Shown here in pieces: positions 17,832 to 27,436 of a stretch of 64,000 nt of DNA. Origin of the DNA: a virus (lineage: Duplodnaviria; Caudoviricetes). Within the stretch, counting starts at the first letter, position 1; the number at the start of each line of letters is the position of its first letter. A program made the translations under genes and the position numbers. The stretch lies in the IMG/VR virus record IMGVR_UViG_3300040811_001959; one strand, given 5' to 3'. Under the pieces are notes generated by a model that made no database searches, was not told the origin of the DNA, and worked only from the letters and a program-made list of their open reading frames with translations.

Positions 17832-19574
17832 TTATGCTATTCCAGCAAGCTTCAAAATATCTTGTGCTTCTGTACTGTACTTATCTTTAATTCTACCAAG
17901 CTCTTCTTGATTGGCGCCATCTCTTCCTGCTTGAGCAAGGGCTTTCATGCCATCTTTGCCATATTTCTTTTTACCAATATGATATTGTAAACCGGATTCG
18001 TCTACATCGTTTTCGTAGGTCTTTGTGAATTGCGGATCAACTTCGTGTATTTTATTGCCATACATCATTTTTAATTTATGGAACGCAGAATTAGGCAATA
18101 CCATGACTTCTGAATTTTCATCAGCAACTTCTATGTAACCGGCAAATCTTCTGTCATTCTGTATGTCATAATAATCTTCCATGTTAGGAACTACAAAATA
18201 TCGTCTATCACTTTTTGGTTTAGGATCAATTAATCTTTCTTCTACATCGTCGTCCATTAATACACCATCGGCATCAGTGTTATAACCGTTGTACTCTTGG
18301 AACTTTTGATTTATAGCTTCTATAAATTGTTTAGCTGGGTTGATTAGATTTTCGCCATAATCCTTTTCTACAGCAGTTAATACAGCAGTTTCTCCTTTTG
18401 GAAATTGTCCTGTTTCTCTATCATACATGCTTAATATAAATTCAGTTACTGGTACACTTTGCTTAGGCTTAAGATCATCTTCTGAAAGGGCATTATCTAC
18501 TATATCATCTGCCCATTCTTCAAATTCATGAAAAGTATCTTCTTCTTTTTCTGTTTCCTCTACCTCTTCGTCATTTACTTCATCAATAATATTATCAGGC
18601 GTAATTTTTTCAGCTTGTTTCTCACTAATCAATTTATAAATGTAAGGAAATACTTCTTGTAATTCTTCGTTGAATTGCTTGATAGTTAATTGATCAATCC
18701 AATTTTCTGCAACATCTTGTGGAACTTCTTGTAGATCTTCATTACTAAAATTTTCGACCATTTCTCGATATCTGTTTTCTTTTTGGATGCTTTCGATAGT
18801 TTTCTTTACAGTTGTAATACGATCATTTACAATGTCTGCATATTCAGATAAGCCTTCTGCCATAACACTTGATCGACTTACATAATTTTTAAACTTCTTA
18901 AGTTTACCTAATTCTTCGCTAAGACCTACAATGTGCTTGCCAAAATCATCATGCATTGTGCCTCCTTCTGAGACGTGTCTAGCCATTGCCCGTGCGCCAT
19001 TTAAATGCTTGATTGGATATTTAAATCTCTCTCCTTCGGCATTTTCTACATATATATTTTCTATATGTTGTGTTCGGCCACTTGCTAGATTATTATTTAC
19101 TGGTTGCGAATGCTTAATACTTAATCTAGCAGCACCTATATCTTGATAACTAGTTTTACTAGTTCCATAAAGTCGTGATTCTGTCATTGCTCCTTCTCCG
19201 GCGTTTTTAGCTAAAAATTGATAATCTCTTCTATTTAAATTACTTTTTGTTATGTCTCTTACATCAAAAGTTAATAATCTCTTTTTTGAAAAGTTTCTTA
19301 ATTCTCTTAAAAATGCATACCAATTTTTCTTTGTAGTTGCATCTTGTCCTTCTACAAAATTTTGTGCATACATAATGTTCAAACTTTTTTCATCAAGAGC
19401 TATGCTTACTTTGCCCAAACTATCGCCATTTTCTGTAAAATCAAAATCAAAAAATCTTGCTTCTTTTGGTTCGTTAGTTACATTTCCTTCTTCGTCACCT
19501 AGTGTAACACTGGGAAATTTTCCTCTAACTTTGTTAAATAGCTCTTCGCCTATAAAATTAATGTTCTTTTCCAT
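17832..19574 (-). CDS. Large acidic hypothetical protein (probable internal head/virion protein); start revised to 19574
   Basis: GATAAATAC 5 nt before the ATG of MEKNINF; C-terminal 'DILKLAGIA'. Confidence 0.55.
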   Translation of the reverse strand: MEKNINFIGEELFNKVRGKFPSVTLGDEEGNVTNEPKEARFFDFDFTENGDSLGKVSIALDEKSLNIMYAQNFVEGQDATTKKNWYAFLRELRNFSKKRLLTFDVRDITKSNLNRRDYQFLAKNAGEGAMTESRLYGTSKTSYQDIGAARLSIKHSQPVNNNLASGRTQHIENIYVENAEGERFKYPIKHLNGARAMARHVSEGGTMHDDFGKHIVGLSEELGKLKKFKNYVSRSSVMAEGLSEYADIVNDRITTVKKTIESIQKENRYREMVENFSNEDLQEVPQDVAENWIDQLTIKQFNEELQEVFPYIYKLISEKQAEKITPDNIIDEVNDEEVEETEKEEDTFHEFEEWADDIVDNALSEDDLKPKQSVPVTEFILSMYDRETGQFPKGETAVLTAVEKDYGENLINPAKQFIEAINQKFQEYNGYNTDADGVLMDDDVEERLIDPKPKSDRRYFVVPNMEDYYDIQNDRRFAGYIEVADENSEVMVLPNSAFHKLKMMYGNKIHEVDPQFTKTYENDVDESGLQYHIGKKKYGKDGMKALAQAGRDGANQEELGRIKDKYSTEAQDILKLAGIA

Positions 19575-19579
19575 AATTG

Positions 19580-19586
19580 TATTTAT
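19580..19586 (-). promoter_or_regulatory. Late promoter box, 5 nt before ATG 19574
   Basis: GATAAATAC-AATT-ATG. Confidence 0.6.
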
Positions 19587-21166
19587 CAATAGTTGGTACT
19601 TACAAAGATAGGCATAGGTGCCTGATAATCTTCCTCTTCGTCCATGCTTTTAAATGAATTATATATCCGTGGGTCCCAATCTCGCAATATACTAATAATG
19701 CGTAAACATAACAACATTGCGCTTACTAGATCGTCACTCTCTTCTGCTTTTGCCCTATATGTGGTTCCTACAGCAACAAAATTTTTCAATTCACTAATTA
19801 ACGGAGCACTTGTAATCTGTAATTTATTATTTTCAATCATTACTTTTAATTTACTACATGCGGTTAATTTACTGCTATGTGTAGTATTAAATCCTTTCCT
19901 AAACTTCCTTACATGACCTTTGCGTATAGGCTCACTAATAAATAATCCAGGAATATTTTCTTCTCCGAAATCATTAATTACAAGTAAAGCAGCTTCTCCA
20001 ATAGCATTGTTTTCAACACTCCAGTATATATTTGTTGCGTTTTTTGTATGGCTAGCAATATAATCGCAAATATCTTTTAACACACGGATCTGTCCTGGTA
20101 TTGCAGTTGTATTATGCCTCCATTCACCTACTTGTTTATATGTAGGTAATTCTATTATTTGTATAGCAGCATAATCACCACCAGTTCCCATACTAGGATC
20201 TAAACCTACTACATATGTTGCATCTGGTTTTATTTTGTCGTACCATCGTGTTTGCCCCATGTTTACAACAACTTTAGATGCTTCCATTGTAGCAAGTGTC
20301 ATGCTATTAATAAGTGTTTCATCATAAACTAAAAATTCACACCCATATTCTCTGCGGAAACGTTCTTCTCCAATGCGACCCATTTCAGCTTCGCGCCATT
20401 CTTCGTCACGATCAGGGTGTTCATCCCAATGCACTGTAAAACTATGGAATCCATTAAGTCCTAATTCTTGTTCATTTCCATGATCGTCATACTTTTGTTC
20501 TGCTTGTTTCCAAATTGTTGCAAATGTATCTTCGTCTGAGTTTGGTGTACTGGTGATAATTGCACGACCACCAGTTGCGAGGGTAGGTGATATACTGGTC
20601 CAAAATTCTTCTGCAATGTTTGGAGCTACAAACGCAAACTCGTCACAGTATAATAAAGATATACTCATACCTCTACCAGTGTTATCTGTTGTAGTTGCAC
20701 TTACAATACGAGATCCGTTTTCAAATTCAATGCTACCTTTGTTATAACTAATTACTCCTGCTCTAATATAATCTGGACACATTTCATACACATATCTAAC
20801 CCTTTGCATAATTTCTTGTGCGCCTGTATATTTGTGGGCAGCAATTAAAATTGTTTGATCAGGGTTAAACATTGCAAACCAAGTTAGATAAATTGCAGCA
20901 CAAGTAGTTTTACCTGTTTGTCTTGGCAACATGTTTATATTAAATCGATATTTGTGATATGTATCAAAAAGTCTAACTTGGTATTCAAACGGATCAAATT
21001 TTAATTTGCCTTTTACAGGATGTTGAATATATGCAAAATTTTTAGAGAAGTATAAGTATCCATCTTGAGGATTCATGCATTTCATAAGATCCTCAATTTG
21101 TTCGTTTGTAAAAGTTTCTGTTTGATTTGCTTTTTTAGTTATTACACCATCTAAAGATTTACTCAT
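19586..21166 (-). CDS. gp17: Terminase large subunit (T4 gp17-like)
   Basis: 'MLPRQTGKT', 'LLYCDEFAF', 'ITSTPN', nuclease 'GLDPSMG' and 'DDLVSA'. Confidence 0.95.
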   Translation of the reverse strand: MSKSLDGVITKKANQTETFTNEQIEDLMKCMNPQDGYLYFSKNFAYIQHPVKGKLKFDPFEYQVRLFDTYHKYRFNINMLPRQTGKTTCAAIYLTWFAMFNPDQTILIAAHKYTGAQEIMQRVRYVYEMCPDYIRAGVISYNKGSIEFENGSRIVSATTTDNTGRGMSISLLYCDEFAFVAPNIAEEFWTSISPTLATGGRAIITSTPNSDEDTFATIWKQAEQKYDDHGNEQELGLNGFHSFTVHWDEHPDRDEEWREAEMGRIGEERFRREYGCEFLVYDETLINSMTLATMEASKVVVNMGQTRWYDKIKPDATYVVGLDPSMGTGGDYAAIQIIELPTYKQVGEWRHNTTAIPGQIRVLKDICDYIASHTKNATNIYWSVENNAIGEAALLVINDFGEENIPGLFISEPIRKGHVRKFRKGFNTTHSSKLTACSKLKVMIENNKLQITSAPLISELKNFVAVGTTYRAKAEESDDLVSAMLLCLRIISILRDWDPRIYNSFKSMDEEEDYQAPMPIFVSTNY

Positions 21167-21171
21167 TTTAT

Positions 21172-22641
21172 TTAAACTAGATTTGTAAAGAAGGTTTTTG
21201 GATCTACGCCTTGCCCTTGTAAGTAGTTAACTATCTTTTTACTAACCGCTTGTATTTTTGGATCAATTTTTGGTGCTGCTCCACCTTTTGCCTGAGGTGC
21301 TGCTCCACCGCCACCTTGTGCAAAATTCGCCTGTTGTGCTGCTGGCTTAGCTGCTGGCTTAGCTGCTGGCTTAGGTGCTGGCTTGGCTGCTCCACCTGCA
21401 CGTTGCTGTTGGAAATAATTTGCTTGATCATTTGTTGCTGGCTTGGCTGCTCCACCACTTTTCTCTGCTCCTGTAGGTTGTGTTTGTGAAACATCTGGTT
21501 GAGTTGCCGGTTCTGCTGTTGGCTCTTGTCCTTTTGTCGGAGTAGGAGGCGGACCTGCTTGGGGATTTGCTTGTCCTGCTGGTGGTTCTTCAGCTGGAGT
21601 TGGTGCTATATCGGGTGTATATTCTGCTGTAGGATCGTATGCCTGCTGACCAGCTGCTGGTTCTTCTGCTGCTGCTGGTTCTGCTGCTGCTGGTTGTTGT
21701 TCAGGTGGTGTTTGTTCTTCAGGTGGTGTTTCAGGTGCTGCTGCTGGTTGTTGTTCAGGTGGTGTTTGTTGACCACTACTTTGTTGAGTATTATCGTCTG
21801 TAGCAGAAACCTTCTGCGCTTGAGTTTGATCTTGTTTTTCTGCATCTTCGGCCCCTTTGTCTGCAGATCCAACACTTTGAGCATTTTTTATAAATTCATC
21901 CTCTTTGTCCATTAAGCTAAATTGATCGCCGCCACCTTTATAATGATCTCTCTTTTGCTCTAAATATTTTATCATTTGTTCTTTATTTAACTCGACTGTT
22001 TTACCAGTTCCATAATTCATTGTTGCTTTATAAGTATCAGGCTGGTTTTTTACATTTGCAATCTGTGCATCAAGCTGTGCTGCAGGGTCCTTTTTCTTTT
22101 TCTTTTTTTTTGCCGTAGGTTTAGCTGCTGTTTTTGTTTGCGTAGTTTGCGGTTGCTGATTATTATCTGATCCTCCACCGGTAGCCTTGTTGAATAAGTT
22201 CTTACCGGCTGATACTACATCATTCCAACTGAATTCATCTAGTTGTTCGTACTTTTCATACAAGTTTTTTTTTAACTGTGCTTTTAATTTTTGCTCATAT
22301 GTTATTGCAGGATCTTTAGCTCGTAACGCACCTTTATCTTTTTTCCTATTTAAGCCACCAGATAAATCCTGTAGCATGTATGAATCATCTTGATATTCTT
22401 CGTCTGGAGAATTAGCATATTCTTCTTCTACTGCTTCTCCACACGGTGTATCCATGCTGTGGGCTGCAGCACAAGCAGGACACATATGATCACCTTCATC
22501 AGGCATAGGTTGATTAATGTCCATGTCTGTAACTAGATGTGCAGTGTCTAAACCTGCATTTTTTAGAATTGCCATTAATTCTAAGACTTCGCTGCTGGTG
22601 TTTCCAGTCATTGATATATTCATACTTGCTTCTTTTAACAT
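21172..22641 (-). CDS. Hypothetical protein with long P/Q/A/E low-complexity C-terminal half
   Basis: 489 aa; AAKP and TPPEQQPAAA repeats; N-terminal 'ILKNAGL'. Confidence 0.6.
   Translation of the reverse strand: MLKEASMNISMTGNTSSEVLELMAILKNAGLDTAHLVTDMDINQPMPDEGDHMCPACAAAHSMDTPCGEAVEEEYANSPDEEYQDDSYMLQDLSGGLNRKKDKGALRAKDPAITYEQKLKAQLKKNLYEKYEQLDEFSWNDVVSAGKNLFNKATGGGSDNNQQPQTTQTKTAAKPTAKKKKKKKDPAAQLDAQIANVKNQPDTYKATMNYGTGKTVELNKEQMIKYLEQKRDHYKGGGDQFSLMDKEDEFIKNAQSVGSADKGAEDAEKQDQTQAQKVSATDDNTQQSSGQQTPPEQQPAAAPETPPEEQTPPEQQPAAAEPAAAEEPAAGQQAYDPTAEYTPDIAPTPAEEPPAGQANPQAGPPPTPTKGQEPTAEPATQPDVSQTQPTGAEKSGGAAKPATNDQANYFQQQRAGGAAKPAPKPAAKPAAKPAAQQANFAQGGGGAAPQAKGGAAPKIDPKIQAVSKKIVNYLQGQGVDPKTFFTNLV
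21338..21385. repeat. 12-bp tandem repeat (3 perfect + 1 variant) encoding AAKP
   Basis: gctgctggctta x3 followed by ggtgctggcttg. Confidence 0.9.
21682..21770. repeat. 35-bp exact direct repeat (21682-21716 and 21736-21770)
   Basis: tgctgctgctggttgttgttcaggtggtgtttgtt occurs twice. Confidence 0.9.
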
Positions 22642-22652
22642 TGTTTTTCCTC

Positions 22653-25600
22653 TTAATAAAACTCTTTTAATAAACCTGCGTTCTTTAATAATCTTGTAAA
22701 ATCTGTGCTGGAATTGTCTTTCTTTCTTAGATTTTTTTGGTACTGCTCATAATCTTCTTTCCCACTACTAGATAGCTCGTCTTTTGCTTTATTAATCACA
22801 TCTTTAAGTGGTCCTTCCGGACGTTTGTTTGCAGCAGACTGCACCGATGAATCCGGAGCGTCATTAACTTTATTTGCATCTTGATTTTGTACAGGAATTT
22901 TTTTATCAACCTTGTCATTTACTGTAGATGTTTGTTTTCGTTGTCCAAGTTCGCTGTGGAATTGGTCTAGCCTGTTTACCCGCTCCCGCTCTGTGTCACT
23001 ATCTGCCGGAACTACCCTGTCTGTTGCCTTGTATTGATTTTCCGTAGGTAAATTTGTTGGCTGCTCTCGTACAGTTTTAATCACCGTCCCATCTGCGCTA
23101 TGTATTTTAAACCTGCCCCCTTGTAGAGGTCCAGTGTAGTATGCTGGTCTTCTACCTCCTAGATTGTTTCCACCTTGCCCGCCTTGTAAATGATTTGTAG
23201 TTCCAGCTTCTTGTCTATTCCGGTATTCATTTTTTGTGGGTAGTGTACCTGTGTATTTTTGACCCTCTTTTCCTCTGTCAACTTCTGTATCATTTGCATC
23301 GTATATGGCCCATACTTTTTTCCTCATCTGTCCGCTTGAATTTATGTAGTCGTAATATACAGCTTTGCCTGGGGTTTTGCCTGTGCCCATCGCAGATGCT
23401 GGACGAGACCCAGTCCCAGGAGATCCTAATCCTGATCCAGTTGAGTCAGGATCTGCGGCATAATTAAATTTACGTTCTCGTTCAGCTTTCTTTTTGGCTA
23501 ATGCATCTTTACCAAATTGGCTTTGGCTCCATAAGTCACCTGTTTCACCTGGGTCACCCTTGTTTGCGTCTAGCTCTGCATTAGTTGCTTGAAATTTTGC
23601 AAACTTATCTGCTTGAGCTTGATCAATTAATGAAGTATTATTGTCCTTTAAGAATTGCATAATTGCATCACGAGCCCTGTTAAATTTAGTATCGTGTACA
23701 GTTTCAAATCCAGTGCCTTTTGTATCTGAAGTAATCTGCAGTTGATTACTCATCAAGCCTCTTCCAGGAATAGGTAATCTATCTACATAATACTGGGTTT
23801 TTTTATCACCTCTAAACAGCCTATTCAAGTTTTTTGGTATTGGCACATATCTAACATAAGCATATTTGCCTGTTGGCATTTTGTCTTTATTATATTTTTG
23901 TCCAAACTTTTTACCAAACTCACTACCTACTTTATTTGCTGCCAGTCCGCCATCAGCTGAGGGTCGATCTGACCGACCGCTAGTTGATGTAGTTTGACCG
24001 GTATCAGTAGTTGCTTGTCCGGCTGCTTGCAATTCATCTGCTGTGTCTAGATCAGCAGGTTTAGTTCGTTCTCCACTCTTAACCGTTGGACTTACATCAC
24101 CTGTTTTTTCAGGTTCTTGTGGTTCTTGCTTTGTAATACCAAATCTTTTGTATACATCATCAACTGTATTAGTGCTGCTCATTTGTATAGAAGCAGGTAA
24201 TAAGTTTTTATTAAGCTGAGCTTGTGCAACTGCTTTGTGTTGTGGATTATCAAAATCAACTGCTTCAACACTGTACTCGCCAAATGGTAACATATCTGGC
24301 ATTTTATTACTGAAGTCAGTTTTCCTTGCTTTTGAAGAAACAACCATAGGACTATTCATAAATGAGTTTCTATGAGTGATCAACCCTGTCAATCCCATAG
24401 CTTTCGCTACATGTCCGTAAAATGCGCTAAATTTCATTCGGTCTGTGTCAAACCCATCTAAATCCATTGCTGCTGCTGCCTCAGCTTGTTTTATTAAATT
24501 CTCAGGTGAAGGATTATTTATAACAGCCATTACTTGATCGTTAAATACACCATAATTTGTATCGCTACCAGGTGCTTTGATATCCATTGCTTTTTTAAGC
24601 GTATCAGGTGTACTACCTTTTGTACTTGCAGATTGTTTAGTTATTTCATCTCTTTGCTGTAATACTTTTTTGAAAATATCATGTTCTGCAGGTTTAATAG
24701 TCTTTCGCTTTGCCGCAGTCTGAAAGGCTTTCTCAATTGCAGCTAGGTCATATGCATCAGTCTGATTTATTTTCATAGGTTGTTCTACTAAAAATAAATT
24801 AAGTGTGTGTCTAATTTGTTCTGCAATAGATTCTTTTGAGAGATCTTTATACCCGCCGCCTTTTCCGCTGCCTGATTTATATTTTCTCAATATTTTTTGG
24901 TAAGCTGTTACATATTCTTTATAAGTATCAGATGTTAGAGGAGGCAATGTTTTTGAAGTTCCTTTTAATTTCAATTCCCCTGTATTTTTAAAACCTTTTG
25001 TTCCAGCTTGCATCTGCTGTGACATGCCGCTTTGAGAAGGTAGATCGTTCAACCCAAAAAGATCTACTAATTTGTTTGCTTTTGTAGAATCTATTAAATC
25101 TAAATCAAATTGAGCTTGGACAATTTCTTTGTGCGTGTCATTATTTGCATCAACTTTTTCAGTTGATCCATCTGCAAAAACTATACGGTCTGATCTTACG
25201 AATCCCTGGAGTCCTAATTTTGTTGCTAATAATGAATAAAATATTGTGCTGTATTTTGCTGCTTCGGCGTTTGGCAACTGAGCTGTGATATTTCTTAAAT
25301 CTGTTTTTGCCTTACGTACACTATTTTTCAAATCGCCCATATTTAACGAATACATTATACGTTGAATTCTTTCTGTATATCCGTCACGATTTTTTTGATC
25401 TTTTGCTACTCTATTGCTAGGATCTATCTGGCTCTGCATACCCATGCCGCTTTGCTTAGGTAAATTTGCTAGCATTGCATCTGCTTCAACATCATCTCCG
25501 CTACCTGTAAACGTTCCTGAAGATTTTGTGCCAGGATCAAATCCACTTGATCCTCCTAATGCTGGATCAGAAGAATCTGTTGCTGCAAAATAAATTTTAT

Positions 25601-25946
25601 CTCTTCTACGAATAATATTTTTGAATGCATCTTTTGCAGGTCCGGGAACAGTTTTATAAGCCTGTCTAATTACCTTTTTCCAGTAATTCCATCTATCATC
25701 TAAATCTTTACGTTTTTGTCGTTTCTTAAAAGCAGATTCAGCCTCTAATAAGGCAAACATATCTTTGACACTTGTTATAGAATCTCTAATTTTATCTCTA
25801 ATTTTATCTCTATATCCAGTATCATCAATTTCTGGTTCGGATAAGCCTAATATTTCTTCATATTCGTCAATTAAATCATTTCCAATGTTTACCCACAATT
25901 TCCAATTATCCTTAGAAGGCTTTGCAACTTTTCGTAAATCTTTCAT
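22653..25946 (-). CDS. Large hypothetical protein with internally duplicated modules (probable internal virion protein)
   Basis: 1097 aa; C-terminal 'LLKNAGLL'. Confidence 0.55.
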   Translation of the reverse strand: MKDLRKVAKPSKDNWKLWVNIGNDLIDEYEEILGLSEPEIDDTGYRDKIRDKIRDSITSVKDMFALLEAESAFKKRQKRKDLDDRWNYWKKVIRQAYKTVPGPAKDAFKNIIRRRDKIYFAATDSSDPALGGSSGFDPGTKSSGTFTGSGDDVEADAMLANLPKQSGMGMQSQIDPSNRVAKDQKNRDGYTERIQRIMYSLNMGDLKNSVRKAKTDLRNITAQLPNAEAAKYSTIFYSLLATKLGLQGFVRSDRIVFADGSTEKVDANNDTHKEIVQAQFDLDLIDSTKANKLVDLFGLNDLPSQSGMSQQMQAGTKGFKNTGELKLKGTSKTLPPLTSDTYKEYVTAYQKILRKYKSGSGKGGGYKDLSKESIAEQIRHTLNLFLVEQPMKINQTDAYDLAAIEKAFQTAAKRKTIKPAEHDIFKKVLQQRDEITKQSASTKGSTPDTLKKAMDIKAPGSDTNYGVFNDQVMAVINNPSPENLIKQAEAAAAMDLDGFDTDRMKFSAFYGHVAKAMGLTGLITHRNSFMNSPMVVSSKARKTDFSNKMPDMLPFGEYSVEAVDFDNPQHKAVAQAQLNKNLLPASIQMSSTNTVDDVYKRFGITKQEPQEPEKTGDVSPTVKSGERTKPADLDTADELQAAGQATTDTGQTTSTSGRSDRPSADGGLAANKVGSEFGKKFGQKYNKDKMPTGKYAYVRYVPIPKNLNRLFRGDKKTQYYVDRLPIPGRGLMSNQLQITSDTKGTGFETVHDTKFNRARDAIMQFLKDNNTSLIDQAQADKFAKFQATNAELDANKGDPGETGDLWSQSQFGKDALAKKKAERERKFNYAADPDSTGSGLGSPGTGSRPASAMGTGKTPGKAVYYDYINSSGQMRKKVWAIYDANDTEVDRGKEGQKYTGTLPTKNEYRNRQEAGTTNHLQGGQGGNNLGGRRPAYYTGPLQGGRFKIHSADGTVIKTVREQPTNLPTENQYKATDRVVPADSDTERERVNRLDQFHSELGQRKQTSTVNDKVDKKIPVQNQDANKVNDAPDSSVQSAANKRPEGPLKDVINKAKDELSSSGKEDYEQYQKNLRKKDNSSTDFTRLLKNAGLLKEFY

Positions 25947-25949
25947 AGA

Positions 25950-26459
25950 TTATTTTTCCTTTGCAATGCCTTTAGTTGGATCATATTCGTTTTCTTTTTT
26001 TACAGTTTCTAATTCTTTTAGTAGATCCATAACCCTATTTTGTCCAACTTGATCCTGTGCAGATTCTCCGCCAAGTTCTTCTTTAGTAAGCAGTGTTTCG
26101 TATTGTGTAGGTTCTTTTTCTTCTTGATATTTTTCTGTTTCATCATTTTCTCCACGTACTCGCAAATGACTAGCAGGATAATCAGTATTAAGTGTTAGAT
26201 AACTTTCTAAAACATGACTTGTAGTTGGATAACTTACTTCAGCATCAAAAGTAGTAACTTCACAGTTAGTTAATTGAGGAAAGTCTAATGGTCTTTCAGT
26301 AATAGGAGTTGTTTTGCCTTTTGAGAAACTAACAACTTCATACTTGTTAAGAGCGGTTTCAAGCTTATCAACAAAGCCTTCTGGTAATTCTCCAGCAGCT
26401 CTAATTTTAAATTTATAAGTTTTTTTCGATTCGGTTAAAAATTCTTTAAGTGATTTCAT
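25950..26459 (-). CDS. Hypothetical head protein with a T4 internal-protein-like N-terminus
   Basis: Starts MKSLKEFLTES; late box at 26481-26487 and AGGA RBS. Confidence 0.55.
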   Translation of the reverse strand: MKSLKEFLTESKKTYKFKIRAAGELPEGFVDKLETALNKYEVVSFSKGKTTPITERPLDFPQLTNCEVTTFDAEVSYPTTSHVLESYLTLNTDYPASHLRVRGENDETEKYQEEKEPTQYETLLTKEELGGESAQDQVGQNRVMDLLKELETVKKENEYDPTKGIAKEK

Positions 26460-26479
26460 TGCAATAATCCTAGTTTTAT

Positions 26480-26968
26480 CTATTTATCCATATTTTTTAG
26501 TTTTTCTAGGAGACTGTTACGATCAGTAACAAGGTATCCCTCTCCTTGCACAACATTTTGCTCCGGATTAGCTTCTTTATCTAACTTTTCTTTCTTCAAT
26601 TGTAACTCAACCATTTTTAATTTTTTATCTAATTTTGCAACTTTACTATCTAAGTTAGTCCTAAGCATATTACCAGCAACTTCAAATATCCTGCCGCTGT
26701 ACCTTGCTTCTACATTCATACCTAGATCCATTAAGTCTTCGTATGCAGCCATTGATTTTTCACTGACTTCGTCAAGTTCTGTATCACCTAAATCTCCTAA
26801 GCCTGTAACTTGCGGCAATGCAGCAGTAATTTTATCAAATTCCTGCAATTGTTCTAGCGCATGAACTGGAATTGAAGATTTTTTTGGGCTTTTGTTTTTT
26901 TCGTTTTCTTGTTGGATTATTTCTTTTGATTCAGGCAGGTTTAATAATTCTTCTAATTTTTTGGTCAT
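26480..26968 (-). CDS. Probable terminase small subunit (gp16-like)
   Basis: Helical 162 aa; 'LMDLGMNVEARYSGRIFEVAGNML' resembles the gp16 core; located near TerL. Confidence 0.5.
   Translation of the reverse strand: MTKKLEELLNLPESKEIIQQENEKNKSPKKSSIPVHALEQLQEFDKITAALPQVTGLGDLGDTELDEVSEKSMAAYEDLMDLGMNVEARYSGRIFEVAGNMLRTNLDSKVAKLDKKLKMVELQLKKEKLDKEANPEQNVVQGEGYLVTDRNSLLEKLKNMDK
26481..26487 (-). promoter_or_regulatory. Late promoter box ATAAATA
   Basis: GATAAATAG upstream of an AGGA RBS and ATG 26459. Confidence 0.5.
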
Positions 26969-26980
26969 AGCAAAATCTCT

Positions 26981-26997
26981 AATAAATACTATTTATT
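26981..26997. promoter_or_regulatory. Palindromic double late box AATAAATA-C-TATTTATT
   Basis: 8-bp perfect inverted repeat; the minus-strand copy serves ORF 26968. Confidence 0.5.
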
Positions 26998-27435
26998 TTA
27001 CCTCCTTGCGCCATAATGAAAAATGTCATTTTCAGTAATAACTCTGAAGATTATTCCTTGTTTTTTACACCACATTTTGGCTGCTGCCCATTTAGCTTGA
27101 TTGAGTGCATAGTGTGCTTGATTGTTCTTACTACGTCCAATTTTTTCTTGTAGCGTTTGATTTGCAGGTTTTACTTCTATAAGTTCTGTTCTAACTTTTC
27201 CTGTTTTATCACTGAATTGGATTAAAAAGTCTGGTACATAGACTGTTCTTTTACCAGTTAGTGGATTAATGTAAGGAATTTTAATACCTTCTGATACCCA
27301 TTGCGTTATGCTAGGATGTTCGTCACAGAAACGCATCATAGTAAACTCCCAGCTACTCCTATATAATGGAGCATTACCACCTATATATTTTTCTGGATTT
27401 TTACAGCGAAATCTACCTTGTGCAAAACGTGCCAT
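26998..27435 (-). CDS. gp4: Head completion protein / TnsA-like endonuclease (T4 gp4-like)
   Basis: 'YRSSWE', 'YVPDF', 'IEVKP', 'NQAKW.AA'. Confidence 0.88.
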   Translation of the reverse strand: MARFAQGRFRCKNPEKYIGGNAPLYRSSWEFTMMRFCDEHPSITQWVSEGIKIPYINPLTGKRTVYVPDFLIQFSDKTGKVRTELIEVKPANQTLQEKIGRSKNNQAHYALNQAKWAAAKMWCKKQGIIFRVITENDIFHYGARR

Positions 27436-27436
27436 T

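Noticed and set aside
4901-21166. Inteins or introns in UvsW, UvsX or TerL
   Set aside because: All three have normal length and contiguous motifs
21338-21770. CRISPR-like array
   Set aside because: Repeats are in-frame coding tandem repeats without unique spacers; no cas genes
21231-21915. Cys-rich or Gln-rich alternative-frame ORFs (21231, 21250, 21499, 21606)
   Set aside because: Shadow translations of the GCT/GGT/CAA-rich repeat region of the 489-aa gene
25785-25812. 12-bp tandem duplication encoding RDKIRDKIRD
   Set aside because: Two-copy slippage within a coding region; too short to imply function
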